The notes: generated by a model not told the origin, from the sequence alone. 36,860 nt of DNA from Bigelowiella natans CCMP2755 (GCA_000320545.1 ADNK01002376.1:1-36860); one strand, 5' to 3'. Positions 18,805 to 33,236 are shown, counted from the stretch's first letter. Made by a program: numbers and translations.

Positions 18805-20352
18805 GATCCTGATTCTTGGCCCTGTAGCTTTATTTTTGGTCCTAGCTTTGACGCAGTCTAGTGTTTTCTCGGGATTCGACCAGAGTTCAGTGATCATTGG
18901 GTAGGCGTTACGAGTATGCGTTCACTACTCACTCTCTTGACTATTTGCTCTTGCACAAATGGCCTCATGTTATATCTCTTAGGGGTGTAACCAAACCTCA
19001 ATTCTCACCATTTCTAAATGGAAGTAGCTCCTCGCTGGGGTCCATGTTCTATAAGACGGTGATATGTCTCTGCCCGTCGCTAATTGCAACATCACTCATG
19101 ATGTACATATATTCCGTGTGTTATGATTTTAGAACATTTCGGACCTGCTTTCAAAATTGAAACAATCTCGTGAGGGGATGCAGGCAATTAAGAAGATGGA
19201 GAGATGGCTTGAGAGCCAGAAAAACAGCTCGCCGTCATCATCAACTCCATCGAATAATGATCAAAGCACCCCGCTTGCTCCTACCCCTACTACTCCTGTG
19301 GCCAGCCAAGGACAATACTGGCGATCTCTTAACAACACAATGAAGTAAAAATTGCACTACTCAATGTAACACCTACATGCGTTTTTTGCGAACGAAGCAG
19401 AGAAGCAATCTAGAGAGGAGATTAAAACCAAAGTGCAGCATCATGAACTAATGATGATTCCTTCTATCAGGGAAATTCTACGATTGGTGAGAAGGAATAT
19501 TCTGGATTCGCAGAAGCCAAGAACATTAATGTACTACTGCATGTAGTAATAAGAGCAGTGGCTCAGCGAGTGCATAGAGCATGTATACGCCACAATATTA
19601 CACTTGTGTACTACATTTACGCGTGTAGATTCATGTGTTTGTGAGTGTATTAACCTTTCATCATCACACTTCGTTCTTATGACTTTTGGTTTCCCGCCCC
19701 CGCGGTATGAAGCACGTATACTATGACGAACACACCTTGCACTCTAACAAACAGATCGGTCGATTCCAAAGTGTACGTCATCCACCCAGAGCGAGGAGAC
19801 GGCCATCTCTTGTACATGTATCACCCGTTTGTTCGCACCGTTCTTGAAGGTCTGGCTCCCGTCTTCTGCTGTTAGTGTTTCTCGACCACAGAAGATGGTG
19901 CAAATGAGTGCATGCATGTGTGCAGGTTTCGAGGTATTTGGTGTAAACGCTACTCATGTGTATGATCGTAACTACGGCAACGCTGTGAAGAGAATGACTG
20001 CTCAAGTCAAAGCAAACGATGCTGTCATTCTTGTTGGCTCTATAAGTAAGTTACGTGCGCACTGCATCACAATTAGGATTATGCGCTGGTAGCTAAAGGT
20101 TGTGGGGCTCCAAAAAGCAGAATATGTGACAAAACACACAAAAATGAGTGTGTGTTTGTTTGGAGGATACATGTTCGTTTTATCGAGATTTATTTGTTTT
20201 GACTCCTCCTCCTCCTTTCTCTCCACTGCAGGGCCAGATGGACGGATGATGTCGGCAATGAAAAAAAAGGGCGCCTACACGATACTCTATCAAACGGAAC
20301 CCCTTCTTATTGGCAATCCTGGTATCATGTGCTTGTATTTTGTCACTTCTAC

Positions 20353-20384
<32 letters not shown>

Positions 20385-20588
20385 GGACTTATTTTGTCCT
20401 ATTGTTCTTTCTCCTTCAAAGCCGCCTGTAGCCCTGCGCACTATACGTGGTTCTTCGACGAAATCTGGGACTATTCTCTTGCTCACATCGATATGTAATA
20501 AAAATGGGAAAACGCACACAAATGATGGTGCTAGTCAGCAATAGCCTTGAGTTTTTCCTTACTTTGTTAACACAAAACACCGCCCCAC

Positions 20589-20629
<41 letters not shown>

Positions 20630-21339
20630 ACAACGCATGAATGCATTTCAGTATGCACACGCATATATGTGGCTGTATGTATTGTTTCATCATCAGGTTG
20701 TGTCAGTGTGCTGGGCGAACGGCATTTCCGTTGATACGATACGTGCCTATAACGTACTGGAAGGACTCTCCTAAATTAAGTACTTCTAGTGCCATCACCA
20801 CAATAATTTCCTTAACTGCATTTGAGATTTCCCCCCCCCCTACCCGCTCCTCCCCCCCCTGTTGTTCCTTTGTTTTTACTGGTATTTCAGGATATGCACC
20901 CCCAAAAGAAACGAATAATAGCATGGGTAGAAATGGTAGCATAGTAGCGAAAATAGTAGCAGTAGCAAGAGTAGGTGATGGCACATGTAAACGGAAAATG
21001 AGCGTATTCTTCTCTTTTTTAAAATATTGTGTCGTTTGTTGTTTCGTTGAAAGTGAAAGGAAAAGCTCCTGCTATCACATCATCACCTTCGGTTTCCCCG
21101 ATAATATCATCGTCTTCGCCCACGCCCCAAACTCCCAAACCACCACCACCACTACCGCAGTCGCCGCCATCCCCCCCATCATCATCCTCAATTGCTTTCA
21201 ATCCAAAGCCATCGTTCCTGTTCTTCGGGGCTCCCTTTTACGGCCGCGAGGAGTGCTGGAAAAGGCTGAATCTCATCGGAGATATTGCCAAGGACCTTCG
21301 ATCTGAGTGATACCTACTAAGGAGTATATTATATATATA

Positions 21340-21376
<37 letters not shown>

Positions 21377-21695
21377 GTAGTATCTATTATATCGCATGTC
21401 GTTGTACAATCATGAGCACATGTATTGTCTCTCTCTCCTCTCTTCCAATTCCGTTCCATTTTGTCATGTCGCCATTGCTGTCATCGTTCTGACTAAGAAT
21501 TGCTTTAATAAGATACACCATCTGGTCTGCTCCCGCATTTGAGAAGTTCGTTAAAAGTTCGGATTCTGCCATATTTCTTAACATGCACAAGACCTGCATC
21601 CTAGGGAAGTCACACCCTACGGATTTCATCAACTTGGAACCGCGCGTTAGCATACTTATGAGTGCGCATGTAAGTGTGGATGTGTGTGCCTATTA

Positions 21696-21758
<63 letters not shown>

Positions 21759-21920
21759 ATTTGTTCGTATATTTTCATTCAGTTCATAGTGCCGAAAACC
21801 AACACAAAAAGAATGTATCACTAGAGAGATATAGTTGATGTTTTCAATTGTGTTTGATATTTTCAAATCTTCCATTAGTTTTATACTATATTGGCAACTG
21901 TACATACAAAGAACTTATGG

Positions 21921-21961
<41 letters not shown>

Positions 21962-22443
21962 TGTTTGTAGTCTTCTTATGCATGGTCGATAAAGTAGATA
22001 GTAAAACAACAATTTGGTTGAGCACGTGCACTTTTCCTGTGCAATTTTTATGACATATTGAAGGCTCTGATCGTGTCGTCCCATAGCTACTGGGATGATG
22101 AGGAGATGTGGAAGGTGTTTGCAATCCCATAAACATCAGCCATAGCGTCGACTAAGTAGTTTTAAGATAGGGACTTCAAATTTAGTCTCGCCACTCTTCA
22201 CACACACACACACACACATATTATATACGTATGTGTATATATAAATATAATTAATGAGTAAGAAATTAATAACAGCTACGTAAAATGTAGGGTATTATGA
22301 CGTTCACTGAGCAGGGCGAAGGCTTGGCAATAGAGTGCGTAGTTAACTTCCATATTTTCCTATAATTATTTATACTGCATATGCGAATAAATAATGCATA
22401 CATAAAATGCTGTCGTTACATTTACCCTGTCTATACACACGCG

Positions 22444-22506
<63 letters not shown>

Positions 22507-22741
22507 AGAGATGTGTGTGTGTGTGTGACGAAATCACAACTTTAAGCTAATGGATTCGTGAGATAACTAATTCTATCAATTTTTCCTATCTACAAGGTAC
22601 CGAAAATTTCGAAACTTATCGCCGGACGAACGACAGGCGGAGTCGGATCGCAGAGCGAAGCTCTTTGAGGAGCGATTCAATGCGAAGACAGTGTTCCAAA
22701 ACGCCAAAATAGATGTCCTTCTAGGTTTAAAAATTGTTTAG
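18805..22741 (+). CDS. Putative glycosyltransferase-like type II membrane protein (multi-exon; 5' end uncertain)
   Basis: N-terminal hydrophobic segment ILILGPVALFLVLAL and an S/P/T stem, then exons YTILYQTEP, FFDEIWDYSLAHI, IRYVP, FLFFGAPFYGREECW, AIFLNMHKTC...INLEPR and a last exon ...FEERFNAKTVFQNAKIDVLLGLKIV*. This motif order recalls GT-B-like putative glycosyltransferases (inference). Confidence 0.55.
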
Positions 22742-23421
22742 AACTTTAATTCTTAGTACATAGAATGTAATGCACCGAAACGAGCAGGCATGAGGCGAAT
22801 GTGATGGGCGAGTTAGACACTAAATGCCCTCATATCATCGACACATTAACTATGTGCCATCATTATAGTTTGCTTGCTTTTTGTTCATGCATGAGCGGGA
22901 GTTAGTATAGCTAGCTAGGCACAGAAACTACGCGCACGCAAATGACTTGTGGATCGCCCAGCACCCTCACGACGGCGGTGCTTGAAACGTTTTGCGGCCT
23001 CGATCCACACACAACTTCCACACGTGCTGCAGGGCATGTACATTGTGGCGCACGTAAGCTCCCTGCATTCTATGCTCTATAGCGCTTCGAACGTGCAGCA
23101 GTGCCCATCTGGCCACACAGGCATCATCATGCATGTACGTGCATGCACATGCATGAAACACATTGTGGCAGAAACCAACAGATGCAACATTAGCGCTGTA
23201 GCCGCTGCATTGCACAGCTACATCAGGATGACCATTGAAAAAATTTAATTCTTCATCACATCCGTCTCACATGCACATCAGTCATACCATATATATAATA
23301 TATATGATATTACTGTGTGTCTATTATGTAGACATTTAGCTGCGCATGATGCACATGCAATGTGATGCATGTCGACACATGTGCAGCCTCTGCTAGCTCT
23401 GACACAAACAAATATCAAGCT

Positions 23422-25823
23422 TCATTCGTCTTTGTTGTGCAGAGAGTGCGCTGCAGCAAAGTACTTGCGGGCCTGCTCTGCATGAAACTTGCCACTTTCT
23501 GTCGCCTCGACCACTTCAAGCTTCAAGAACTCCATCGTGTCCTCACTATCTTCATCCTCGTCATAATCGTCTTCATCTAGTTCATCTTCGCGATCTTTTT
23601 CATCAGCAAGCAGTTGCTTTTTCCAGGCCTTGTTCAAATCAATCACCTTACCTTTGTGACCACTACCCACATAATCATAAAAATCTTCCATGTGTTTCTT
23701 GATGTGCTTCTCTTTGATTTCAGGAAGCAAGTTTTTGGACTCCTCGTAATTGGCCATCTCGAACAAACGTGCATATTGGAGAGCAATGTCCTCATATTCT
23801 TCAACTACTTCTGCATAAGACAACTCCCGACACAAATCAGAAAGGTATAGGCCGCATTCAGTAAATTCCCCTGGCTCCATGGTCTCAAGAGCAGCTGGAC
23901 AGCCTTTCATGGTACACCGGACGATATATTTGTACGTATACTTGAGTATGCACTTGTGGTACAATTGCGCATTCTTTTTCGACAGCGTTTTCGATATATT
24001 TTCTGCATCAAGAAAAATACAACTCATATACCTCATATACCAACCATCGGAGTCGTTCCACGCGCACCACGCCCTTTCTAATTGTTGCTCCCATTCAGAG
24101 ATGTGCCCCACGAAATACTCTAGATTCTTTTCCCCAAAGATTCTTTTGGTACCCAGCGAATATAGGAAAGATCTATTATCAAATTTTAACGTCTTCACAA
24201 ATTTGGTTCTATTTGAAAAGCCGCCGAAGCTTAAGTAATTGAACAGTAAGAATTGGTGGATATCACTGTATTTTTGGCATCTATCCGCGATGCAACCAGC
24301 CAGGAAGATCAACTTGTTATGTATGACATCCGCCTACGCATAGGCACACCAAATATGTTAGCGAAAGCATATCATTTGAAAAATGGCACATTCCGGAACC
24401 CGCAGCCAATTTAACTACAAATGAGATTAACAGTTTCGGAAAAGATGAAAGTGACGATTGAGAAGTTCCGTAAGAAATCTACTAAAAATTAAAAAATAAA
24501 TGCAATGTGCTTTTCGTTGCATTTGCATTGAAGTACCTCTATCTCATCTTTTATCGAATTATCGCTTTGAGCTAACCAATGAGTCTCGGCCAACACTGAA
24601 TTGAAGCAACGAATAGCCATGTTAAGATTCTCTTCGCTGTGTCTCTTCTGCAACAACATCTGGCATCGCCCCAGCAGGCTACCATTCTTCATGGCTTCTT
24701 CCCAATTCGCTTTTTTCTCATTCCAGTCCTCGTTCTCGTTCTCGTCCTCGTCCTCGTCCTTGTCCTCGTTCTCGTCCTCGTCCTCGTCTTTCTCCATAAT
24801 ATACTTTCGGCCTTCAACGTCCTCGCATGCGACTAGGTACACGCGGTTCGCAACGAGTACGCACGACAACCAATATCTCATTGCAGGTGATATATCCTTC
24901 ATTAGTTGTATCACAAAACCCTTCACACGACAAAACTTTGCATAGGGGCGGGCCCAGCGCGCAACCGATTTTATGCCTTCGTCTTCTTCCTGGTTTAAGT
25001 CAGGTATCGAGGTGCTCGAAGAATTGTGCTGCAAAAACTCGGCCTTTTCGCATTGTATTTCGACTTCCTTTGCGTCAACTGCTCCTGATCCACTAACCTT
25101 TTCCTTGAATGTCTGTGGTGTGCCAATCGCATCCGTGTACTTGCGCAAGGCTGCCACCGCCTCTATAATCAGTTTCATCTTAGTTTCTGTTTCCTCCTTG
25201 TCTAAAAATCCGTCTGCAACAAGATCTTCGACTTTCTTAGCCTCTGATTCAGTGTCAGAGCTTATATCCATGTTTTTCCATTGAGCGACAGTCGCCTCCA
25301 ATTTCTTTGTGGCCGGTACGACTTCACTTTCATTGGTGGCAACGTTTGGCTGGCGGCAATGTTTTTGTTCCTTAATGTTCTTCTTAGTCTGTTCCTTTTC
25401 ACTAGAGGCAGGGTTTACCTTCTTTCCCTTTGCAAGTAGCTTTTGCTGCTGCTGCTGCAACTTCTCTTCCAACTCCCTCACCTTCTTCTCTAGCTGTTTT
25501 TGTAATTTCTCCTCTAGTTTTTTCACCTTCTTCTCTAATTCCTCCTTTTGAGTAGACTTTAAGACAGAAGTCTTGATTTCTGGAGGTCGCTCCTCTTGCT
25601 GTTGCTGTTGCTGTTGCTGTAACTTTTCCTCCAACTCCCTTACCTTGTTTTCAAGCTGTTTCTCCAACTCCCTCACCCTCTTTTCTAGGTGTTGCTCCTT
25701 AGCGTTGGGAATATTGCTTTCTGCTAATCTTTCCTGCTGCCGATGTTGCAATTTCTCCTCCAATATCTTTACCTTCCGCTCCAGCTCATCGTTGTTCCTT
25801 GGTGCACTGAAGCCTCCCCCCAT
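23422..25823 (-). CDS. Hypothetical ~732-aa protein with N-myristoylation motif, coiled-coil repeats and acidic tracts (2 exons)
   Basis: Exon 25823-24537 (429 codons) and exon 24333-23422 (304 codons including stop) join in phase 0 across a GT..AG intron. The N-terminus MGGGFS fits MGxxxS. LE(K/R/N)KV(R/K)ELEEKLQ is repeated about 5 times. Confidence 0.8.
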
Positions 25824-26534
25824 TAGCAGAGTTTGTCGATCGTCAGCGTCGGTTTCTAATATTTACGGATAATGCATCATAATACAACTTCCGTAAAATT
25901 CACGAAATTAGGCGTAAATTTGAAAAAGACATCCATATGGACATGTATTTAAATAAAATTCGTCTTCCAGATAGAAAACTATGCCACGAACGGTATCTAA
26001 ATCTAAAAAGACAGTAGAAGTTGGCAAAGATGAGACACAAAAGACAATATGAAACTAGGAACGGAGGAGTGGCTAGAATGCCATTCTTGGTTCTTTTTTG
26101 TTTCACTTTATGCATAAGCGCATAAGCCAGCATATGTTCGTAGCGAATGTCCTGGATGTTGCAACATTGTCACGGCGTCATGCCCAAAATTAGACCTCGC
26201 TAGATTTCTGATTTAGCTCGAGGCTTGTGCTAGATCTACGACAATCTAACCCTAATGAATACCACCACCACGATAAAAGGACGGATGATGCCAGGAAAAT
26301 GAATGCAAGATACAAAATCAGACCAGATCATTACGATAAGATATATCACGAAATGCAGGACAAAACACATTAAAGACACAGTAGTAGTACACGCTAGATT
26401 GTCGCACAAGGAAAGTTGAGGATCGGTTTCTTCCGTAACGGATCTGTAGATTAAAATCGTCCTTCCGAAATCAGCAGCCTGTCCCCTAAAGCCATCTCGC
26501 CGCACACACACAAATCACACGCCCATCCAACGCA

Positions 26535-27167
26535 ATGTCATTCGGATACGTCTTCTCTCCTTACGCTTTCCTCCCTCTCCACTTGGTGTTCATACCCATT
26601 CTCGGCGATGTGTATGCGGGCACATTGGGCAAAACGATTTCATACACATGGTTCACGTTCTTTGTTACAGTGCAATATCTTATAGAGCACTGGACACATC
26701 TGTTCCCAACTATCGGTAAAACATAGCTCTACTACTGCCATTATCATTATTATCATCCTAATGCTCATCTTCATAAAAATGTAGGTGTATTGAATGGCCC
26801 TTTCACGTTGTTTGGGCTTCTACAATTGCTGGGATTCCTGTATCTTACATACAAGAAGTCGGCTCCGATTACAAGCATTTTGAACATTGTGCTATATTTT
26901 GGAATGGTCGGCGTGGCGAAGGCATGTGATTTAGGATTTCCTAAGGACGATGCGGAGGAGCAGGTACACAACATACAGTAGATTGTGTAGTTGCTTGATA
27001 TGCAGTCATCATTCATCTCATGTTGTATCTCATATAACACACAGGTTGTAGCATTGCAGGATCCACACTACAGCGCTTGCCACATGATTTTCCACCTTCT
27101 TATCTCAGCACAAATGTTCTTCATGTACTACAGTGCCAAAAGTGATGTCAAGGCAAAATCAGCATAA
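26535..27167 (+). CDS. Small multi-pass membrane protein (~160 aa, 3 exons) with His motifs and a C-terminal KxKxx ER-retrieval signal
   Basis: Exons MSFGYVF...IEHWTHLFPTI|GVLNGPF...DDAEEQ|VVALQDPHYSACHMIFHLLISAQMFFMYYSAKSDVKAKSA* join in phase across GT-AG introns. Confidence 0.75.
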
Positions 27168-28135
27168 TTTGGTTTCAAGGACAGCAGCTGACGACGCACT
27201 CCAGCTTCATCATCATCCCTCGCTTGGCTCAATTTCTAATGAAATTGCATCATGAATGACAAATTGTTCATCTGCGAATGAACAAACAATTTCAAATTTT
27301 AATTTTCTGCGGCAGCACTGCCATACATGTCAGACACATTTTGTATATTCTGATGAGCTGTCCATGTTATCTTGGCACGCGATCTCCATGTGAAGTACGA
27401 AACAATGTGTGTGCGAGGGCACAATCCGGATTTTGTTAGTCATGATGACAACGAAGACAACCACCCACACCAGATGTTTACACATTACAGTATGCATGAA
27501 AAGCATTGATTACATGATTCTCGTACGATACTTGCGAGGAGACTCCCACCCGCCGCCCCCTCCCCTTGGCATCTAGCTTCACGACCACCTAGTCCCACTG
27601 ACGTCGCAGTAGTCAAAAGGGCACAGTCCTTCGGTTTATTTATTTCTTATTTTTTAATGTGTGGCTTACGTCACGCTGGTGGATGGAACACAAGGGTTGT
27701 CCCTGGAGGCTGCTAGGTAGCAAAAGGTAAGAGTACGGGTGGGTAAGCAACTAGACTAAGGCTACATGATCAACTGTGGAAACACTAAAGTTGACTGGGG
27801 TGTGCTGCACGAGTTTCGCCTAATTTGCTTTGCTTCAGGTACATGCAAGGGTATATTGAACATTAAGAATAACTCACCAACGTCGTTAGCGTATTAGAAG
27901 TTAAATAGCCGTAATCGTTTTGGCAACCATCCCCTCTAGTCTCGTTGGTAAAGCAGCTGTAGCAAACATGTAGTTCCGTCGCCTCCTTAACAGTAGCACT
28001 ACTCGCAGAATTCCTCTATAATAAACGTTTGTGATAAAAGAATAGCGCAAATGTATACACATTTTAAGATATTTGAATCATCGCATGCATTATACACAAC
28101 AAAGAACTCTGCACGCACATTCCGCAATCAATTTT

Positions 28136-29000
28136 CTAAGATACGAGCATTAATTCTATCTGAACGTTGTCCATTCCCTCTTCGTTGTCTCGTGCATCAT
28201 GTTGTCTGCAGTCTTTGTCGCTGTCACTTTGTGCGTTTTCCCACACGCCAAAGCCTACGATAAACTCAGGATTCACACGGTGTTGAATACATGTCTGCAA
28301 CAGCAAACATCTAGACCAACGACTACTAATGCTATCACTACTACTACTACTGCTCCGCTCCATTGCCGTATTCTGCTCTCGGACTGGATAGCTACCTCTG
28401 CTTCTCTCTGAGCTGTATGACTGTGTTCCTGATTGCTCTAAGCGCTAGTCGTAACTTTGGACAGGACTTGCGATTTAGCACTACCATATGCAGCGTCATC
28501 CTGTCACAAGAGAATCCGAGAATCTTCTCAATAGTGTCGTCAAAGCCTTCCAGTTGCGATTCTTCGTAGACATTGCACGTATCGTCCGAAATGACCACCG
28601 ACGGTGATGATTATGGAGGCGATATTGTGCATCCTTGCTCAACGCTGAGCAAAGATATTGCCAGGACCAGCAATCGATCCCTGCGTGACGCTGTTTTGCC
28701 GATATTACGCAATCAGAAGTACAATAGATAGCTCAGATGCATGCATTTGGCAATGTAAATGGTCGAATTTTCTTCAGCAATGTCATCATCACCACCATAT
28801 CTACCTGAGAATTACACCAGCAGCAGCATTGACTGGAAGCTAGTTGAGCGACAATGGTGTTTCTGCTGCTCCTGCTACGCTAACGACGTCAAAGAGCCAT
28901 TTTTATCCTCTTCCTCTGATATTAGCTGCTCAGAGAGAGGTAGCTTTCGTCTTCTTCTACTTTTTAGCCGTTTTCTCCGACGATACTACATCCGGCTCTA
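28136..29000 (-). CDS. Possible hypothetical multi-exon gene
   Basis: Protein-like stretches YEESQLEGFDDTIEKILGF...LRAIRNTVIQLRE and QHRVNPEFIVGFGVWENAQ.... It would be divergent from the LACTB2-like gene. No family recognised. Confidence 0.3.
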
Positions 29001-29290
29001 GGCACCCTCGGCTTGGCCCCGAGCCGGAGAAGGGCGGTGTGAACTACAGAAAAAGCCAGCAATCTCGGGCAATTTCATTCAGTCTAAAAAGGTCAACACG
29101 AAGTCGCAGGCTGAAATTCTAGGAGACCCCACACCGGCATCAGCGTCGTCGTGCAAAACGAATTTTGAATGCGCTCGACAAAATGCATCACGAAATGTAG
29201 GTCAAAACGCACCAAAGACATCTCAGCGTACAAGAAAATGTGTCTGAATTCGGCGACCAACATTTTCTTCTAGATTCCGAGACGGCAAGA

Positions 29291-30999
29291 ATGGCGTCCA
29301 AAGCCGCCACCCCCTTTTCGAAGCTGTCGGACTCCATAGGTAGTCTCCTAAGTTCTGTTCAATTATCACAGGAGTTCAGACTGGTTTTATAAATTTGATA
29401 ATTTCAGTGCGAGTGATGGGTATGAATCCTGGCCCCATGACCTTACAGGTAGTCGTAACTCGATTGTTAACTTTTATTCCTTTTCGATGTTAAGTAAACT
29501 TGAAAGTGCTCATTCATGATGTTATTAGGGGACTAATACTTACCTTGTGGGAAGGGGAACAAGTCGCATACTCATAGACACGGGCGAGGTTCTTACACAT
29601 TTAAGCGATGCATACATCACCAAAAGCAGAATTAACATGTCTCGAAGACTTTGCGTTAGCACGCAGGGACGCAGGAACACACACACACACACACACACAG
29701 GGCCGACCAGAGTACATAAGCAATTTGAAGGAGGCTATGACGAAGGGAAAATGCAAGAAAATCCAAATGGTTGTTGAGTACACCACGCATTCGACGGCAT
29801 TGTAGACACGACCACATATTAAGCACATACAAACACACTCTTACAGTTTTGCCATCATGATTCATACTACCACCCCCATCCATTCGTATTAGCGATATCA
29901 CATCACCATAATCCCCTTTCTGGTATTAGATTCTTCTGACCCACTTCCATCATGACCATGTGGGCGGCGTCTCTCAAGTGCTGTATATGATATAATTAAG
30001 TTATTGTAGATTGATAGTACAATCCAAACGCAGGTTGCTGTAAAACGACTCAATAATGCATGAAACATGCTGCCACGCAAAATAGTCCCAGAGTGTTCAG
30101 AACTATAAAATTCACTCCATTCCGTTGTACGATCGGCAAGATCTATGGACTTATTGATGCATTCTGCAGGTGAGAGAAGCCTTCGGAAAGTCAATACCTG
30201 TTTACAAAATGCCTGAAGACGCACAAGAGCGTAAAATGGACGCAGAAGCGCAGTTGATGGTACGACCTAAACCACCTCATGGGTTAAGTGAGACACAGTA
30301 GTCCTCACGATAATGAAGAAACGGGATTTAAGCTCCGTTGTGGTTGCCACATGTTCACTCCCCCAGAAGGAAATGGAAGATTCTAAGGCAGAGAAGGAGG
30401 AGAAGGAGAGGACAGATGGCAAGCAGGATGAAGATGATGGTAGTAGCTCAATCACAACACCAGCAAATCACAAATGAGTGAGGTCATCAACGTCGTTGTC
30501 AGGAAAGGAGAGAGAGATAGAAAAGGCGGCAGAGGAAGAGAAATGGCTTTCGATAACAGATGGTATGCTATTCAAGACAGAAGGTAGGTCCAATTCAGAC
30601 ATGCGCGTGCGTGCGCGGAGATTTGACATGCGGCACAAAACCACGAATGGCGTTTAGCTTCTCTGCCGTAAACTTGTTTTCTTCACGTACTGACAGGCGC
30701 GACAATAGAAGCCATGCATACACCAGGTAATCAATCAATGGTAGAAAGTTCATCCGTCGCGTGACTTCCTTCGACAACGACGGTGTGACGAAATGAGAAA
30801 CATGGGCGCTCATTATCATTATCATCATCATCATCATCATCATCATTATATTGTTTTCCTTGCTTCTACGTAGAGTAGACAATAATAACAACAACAACTA
30901 TCAGGGCATACTGGCGACCACATGGCTCTCTTCATGCAGGTTTATTATCACACCACCAGCCCTCTGGCACAGAAGCAGCCTTAACATTATAATACGTAA

Positions 31000-31040
<41 letters not shown>

Positions 31041-33236
31041 CTAGTACGCGCATAATGCATTTAATCTATGAAATAGGAAGAAAAAGCATTATTCTCAGGG
31101 GACTGTGTCCTTGGGAAGGGTAAGATAATCAAACCTACAATTCATAAGAGTGAGAAGGGGGGGGGGGATTGTTATTTGTTGTCACACCGTATTATTTGAA
31201 AAATGCAATAATGCGTGCTGCATGCAATACCTGGTGCAAGATGCTTGTAGAGAAGAACAAAGATCGTCATCGGAGGAGATTTCTTCGTCGAGTATTATTC
31301 GAAATTAAATTATTCGGAAATTAAGTCATTGGACGATCGAGCAGACACTACCATAGTCACCTACTAGCACTACTAATACTACTGCTACTACTGCTACTCG
31401 TTGTGATGATGCTCGTGCACAGGTACTACCGTCGTTGGAGACTTGGATGCCTACATGAAATCCCTCAATAAGTAATGATAACCACGATGCAGAGGACTAC
31501 AAACAATTAAACGTTGATCTTCACCTTCCGAACTGCTTTCTTGACCTAATCCCGCCCCCTTCTATACGGACAAAAACGTTATTTTGATCCAGGCATTTAA
31601 ATAAATATAAATAAAAGTATATAACACGGCGTGAGAGTCATCGCACTACTACTCCTCCACAAACGCAGCAGCACGAATTCGCTTCGACCAGACTTCTTCT
31701 TTCTTTATCTTCATTTTCCCTTCTCGTCGTATCTTCATTATTGCTTGATCCTATGCTTGAAAGGCTTCTGAAAGTAGAGGCCGCCTGCATCTACCCCGGT
31801 AGTAGAATACCATGGCGTCCATGATAATACATCCTATATTGTATATTTGTTTATTGTTTACGATGCAAAATCACTCATCAGGGCACGGTCCTGTCGTAGA
31901 GTCACCAGAGCAGAAGATTTTGGAGTACATTCAACATCGTAATAAGCGGTATGCTTGTGTATGCGTGAGTGTAAAAATGACTAGCAGCAAAGGAATCAAA
32001 TGCAGGAACAGATGTCTGGACAATGTCTGCACATGTGTGTTCGTGTCGAATGTAATGCATGTATGTAGAGCCTCTTGGTAGGGGAGCACAGTCTAAATTG
32101 CATCCTGGAACACTCTATAATTGGCAGCGAAAAGCAAATTCTAGAAGCTCTGCGGTCAATAGGAAAGCCGTGCACTTCGATGGATATCGTGAAGGTAGCA
32201 TTATCTCTAACAGCTATCTAAATGGTGAGCGAGCACAGAGATCGCACATTCAGAAAAGGAAGGGACATGCATGTATGCTCATTATCGTAAATAACATCCA
32301 TTAGATCGTGTACAGTGCTGTGTCGCCGACGTTATATCCAGCTGCTGAGAGAAACGTAATACAGCATTTGCGCAAGCTTAAGGTACTATGTTTACTTTCA
32401 CTATTTAGCGGGGTGGGGGGAGGGGAGGGATGTAAGGGAGTGCTAGCTAGCAAGAGAGAGAGCTGTTGACATAAGCAATGATTTTGAAAGCTGTGAAGAG
32501 AGTCGAAGTAACAGAAATCTTAATCTTGAGGATCTTGGTGATCTTGCTTTGAAGCTCTTTCTCAGAGGAGAAATCAGCAATGTTGTCGACACCATGTGTT
32601 GGATCTCACTGCCCATAAACATTATCTGGTTCTGCATATCGTAGGCAGAAGGACTAGTGTTTCTACAGACAAGTGACGAGAGTGGTAGTAACACGAACGA
32701 AGTAAATGCAAGTAAGGAACAGGCGAAAGAAGGACAAGGCACACTATTCTGGTCGCCAGCATCAAAGCTTTGATGTACGACATCTGATTACAGCGCAAAG
32801 TACACAGAGTACGGATAGTTTGCATTGCAATTTCAGATAAACCATGCGTGTTGCAATGCATCCTCATTTTTCTGAACGGATACAGCTTGATTCAAATGAC
32901 GTCATATGCTACATGCTAATTCATAATGGGCAGCATCGCATATCGAACCAAGCAGGTTTTCATTATTTGCGCAAAAGCTATTATCATGCCGTGAGTCAAA
33001 GCCTAACCCTAATGATAGCTTGTTGTAGCATTGCGGCTAGCAATGACTCCATGCATAATCACAGATAGCACACGAGTGTGTGATTCTTCTCAGATCTCAG
33101 ATATTACATGAAGCTATCATGTACATTATCGTTGCGTACAGTTCCAGTTTTATACACACAGGACGAGTTAATTTGGTGCATCGACCATTCGACACACATC
33201 AAAGAAAGAAGTCGCCCGATCGGATACTGTGAGTAG
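29291..33236 (+). CDS. LACTB2: LACTB2-like metallo-beta-lactamase-fold endoribonuclease (many short exons; 3' end uncertain)
   Basis: Exons MASKAATPFSKLSDSI|VRVMGMNPGPMTLQ|GTNTYLVGRGTSRILIDTGE|GRPEYISNL...|ILLTHFHHDHVGG (HxHxDH)|...MHTP|GHTGDH|...LFSGDCVLG|GTTVVGDLDAYMKSL|...IYP|GHGPVV...EYIQHRNKR|...IVYSAVSPTLYPAAERNVIQHLRKL. Confidence 0.9.

Noticed and set aside
27931-27990. tRNA-like 5' arm (cccctctagtctcgttggtaaagcagc)
   Set aside because: There is only an A-box-like resemblance: no T-arm GTTCRA and no acceptor-stem partner.
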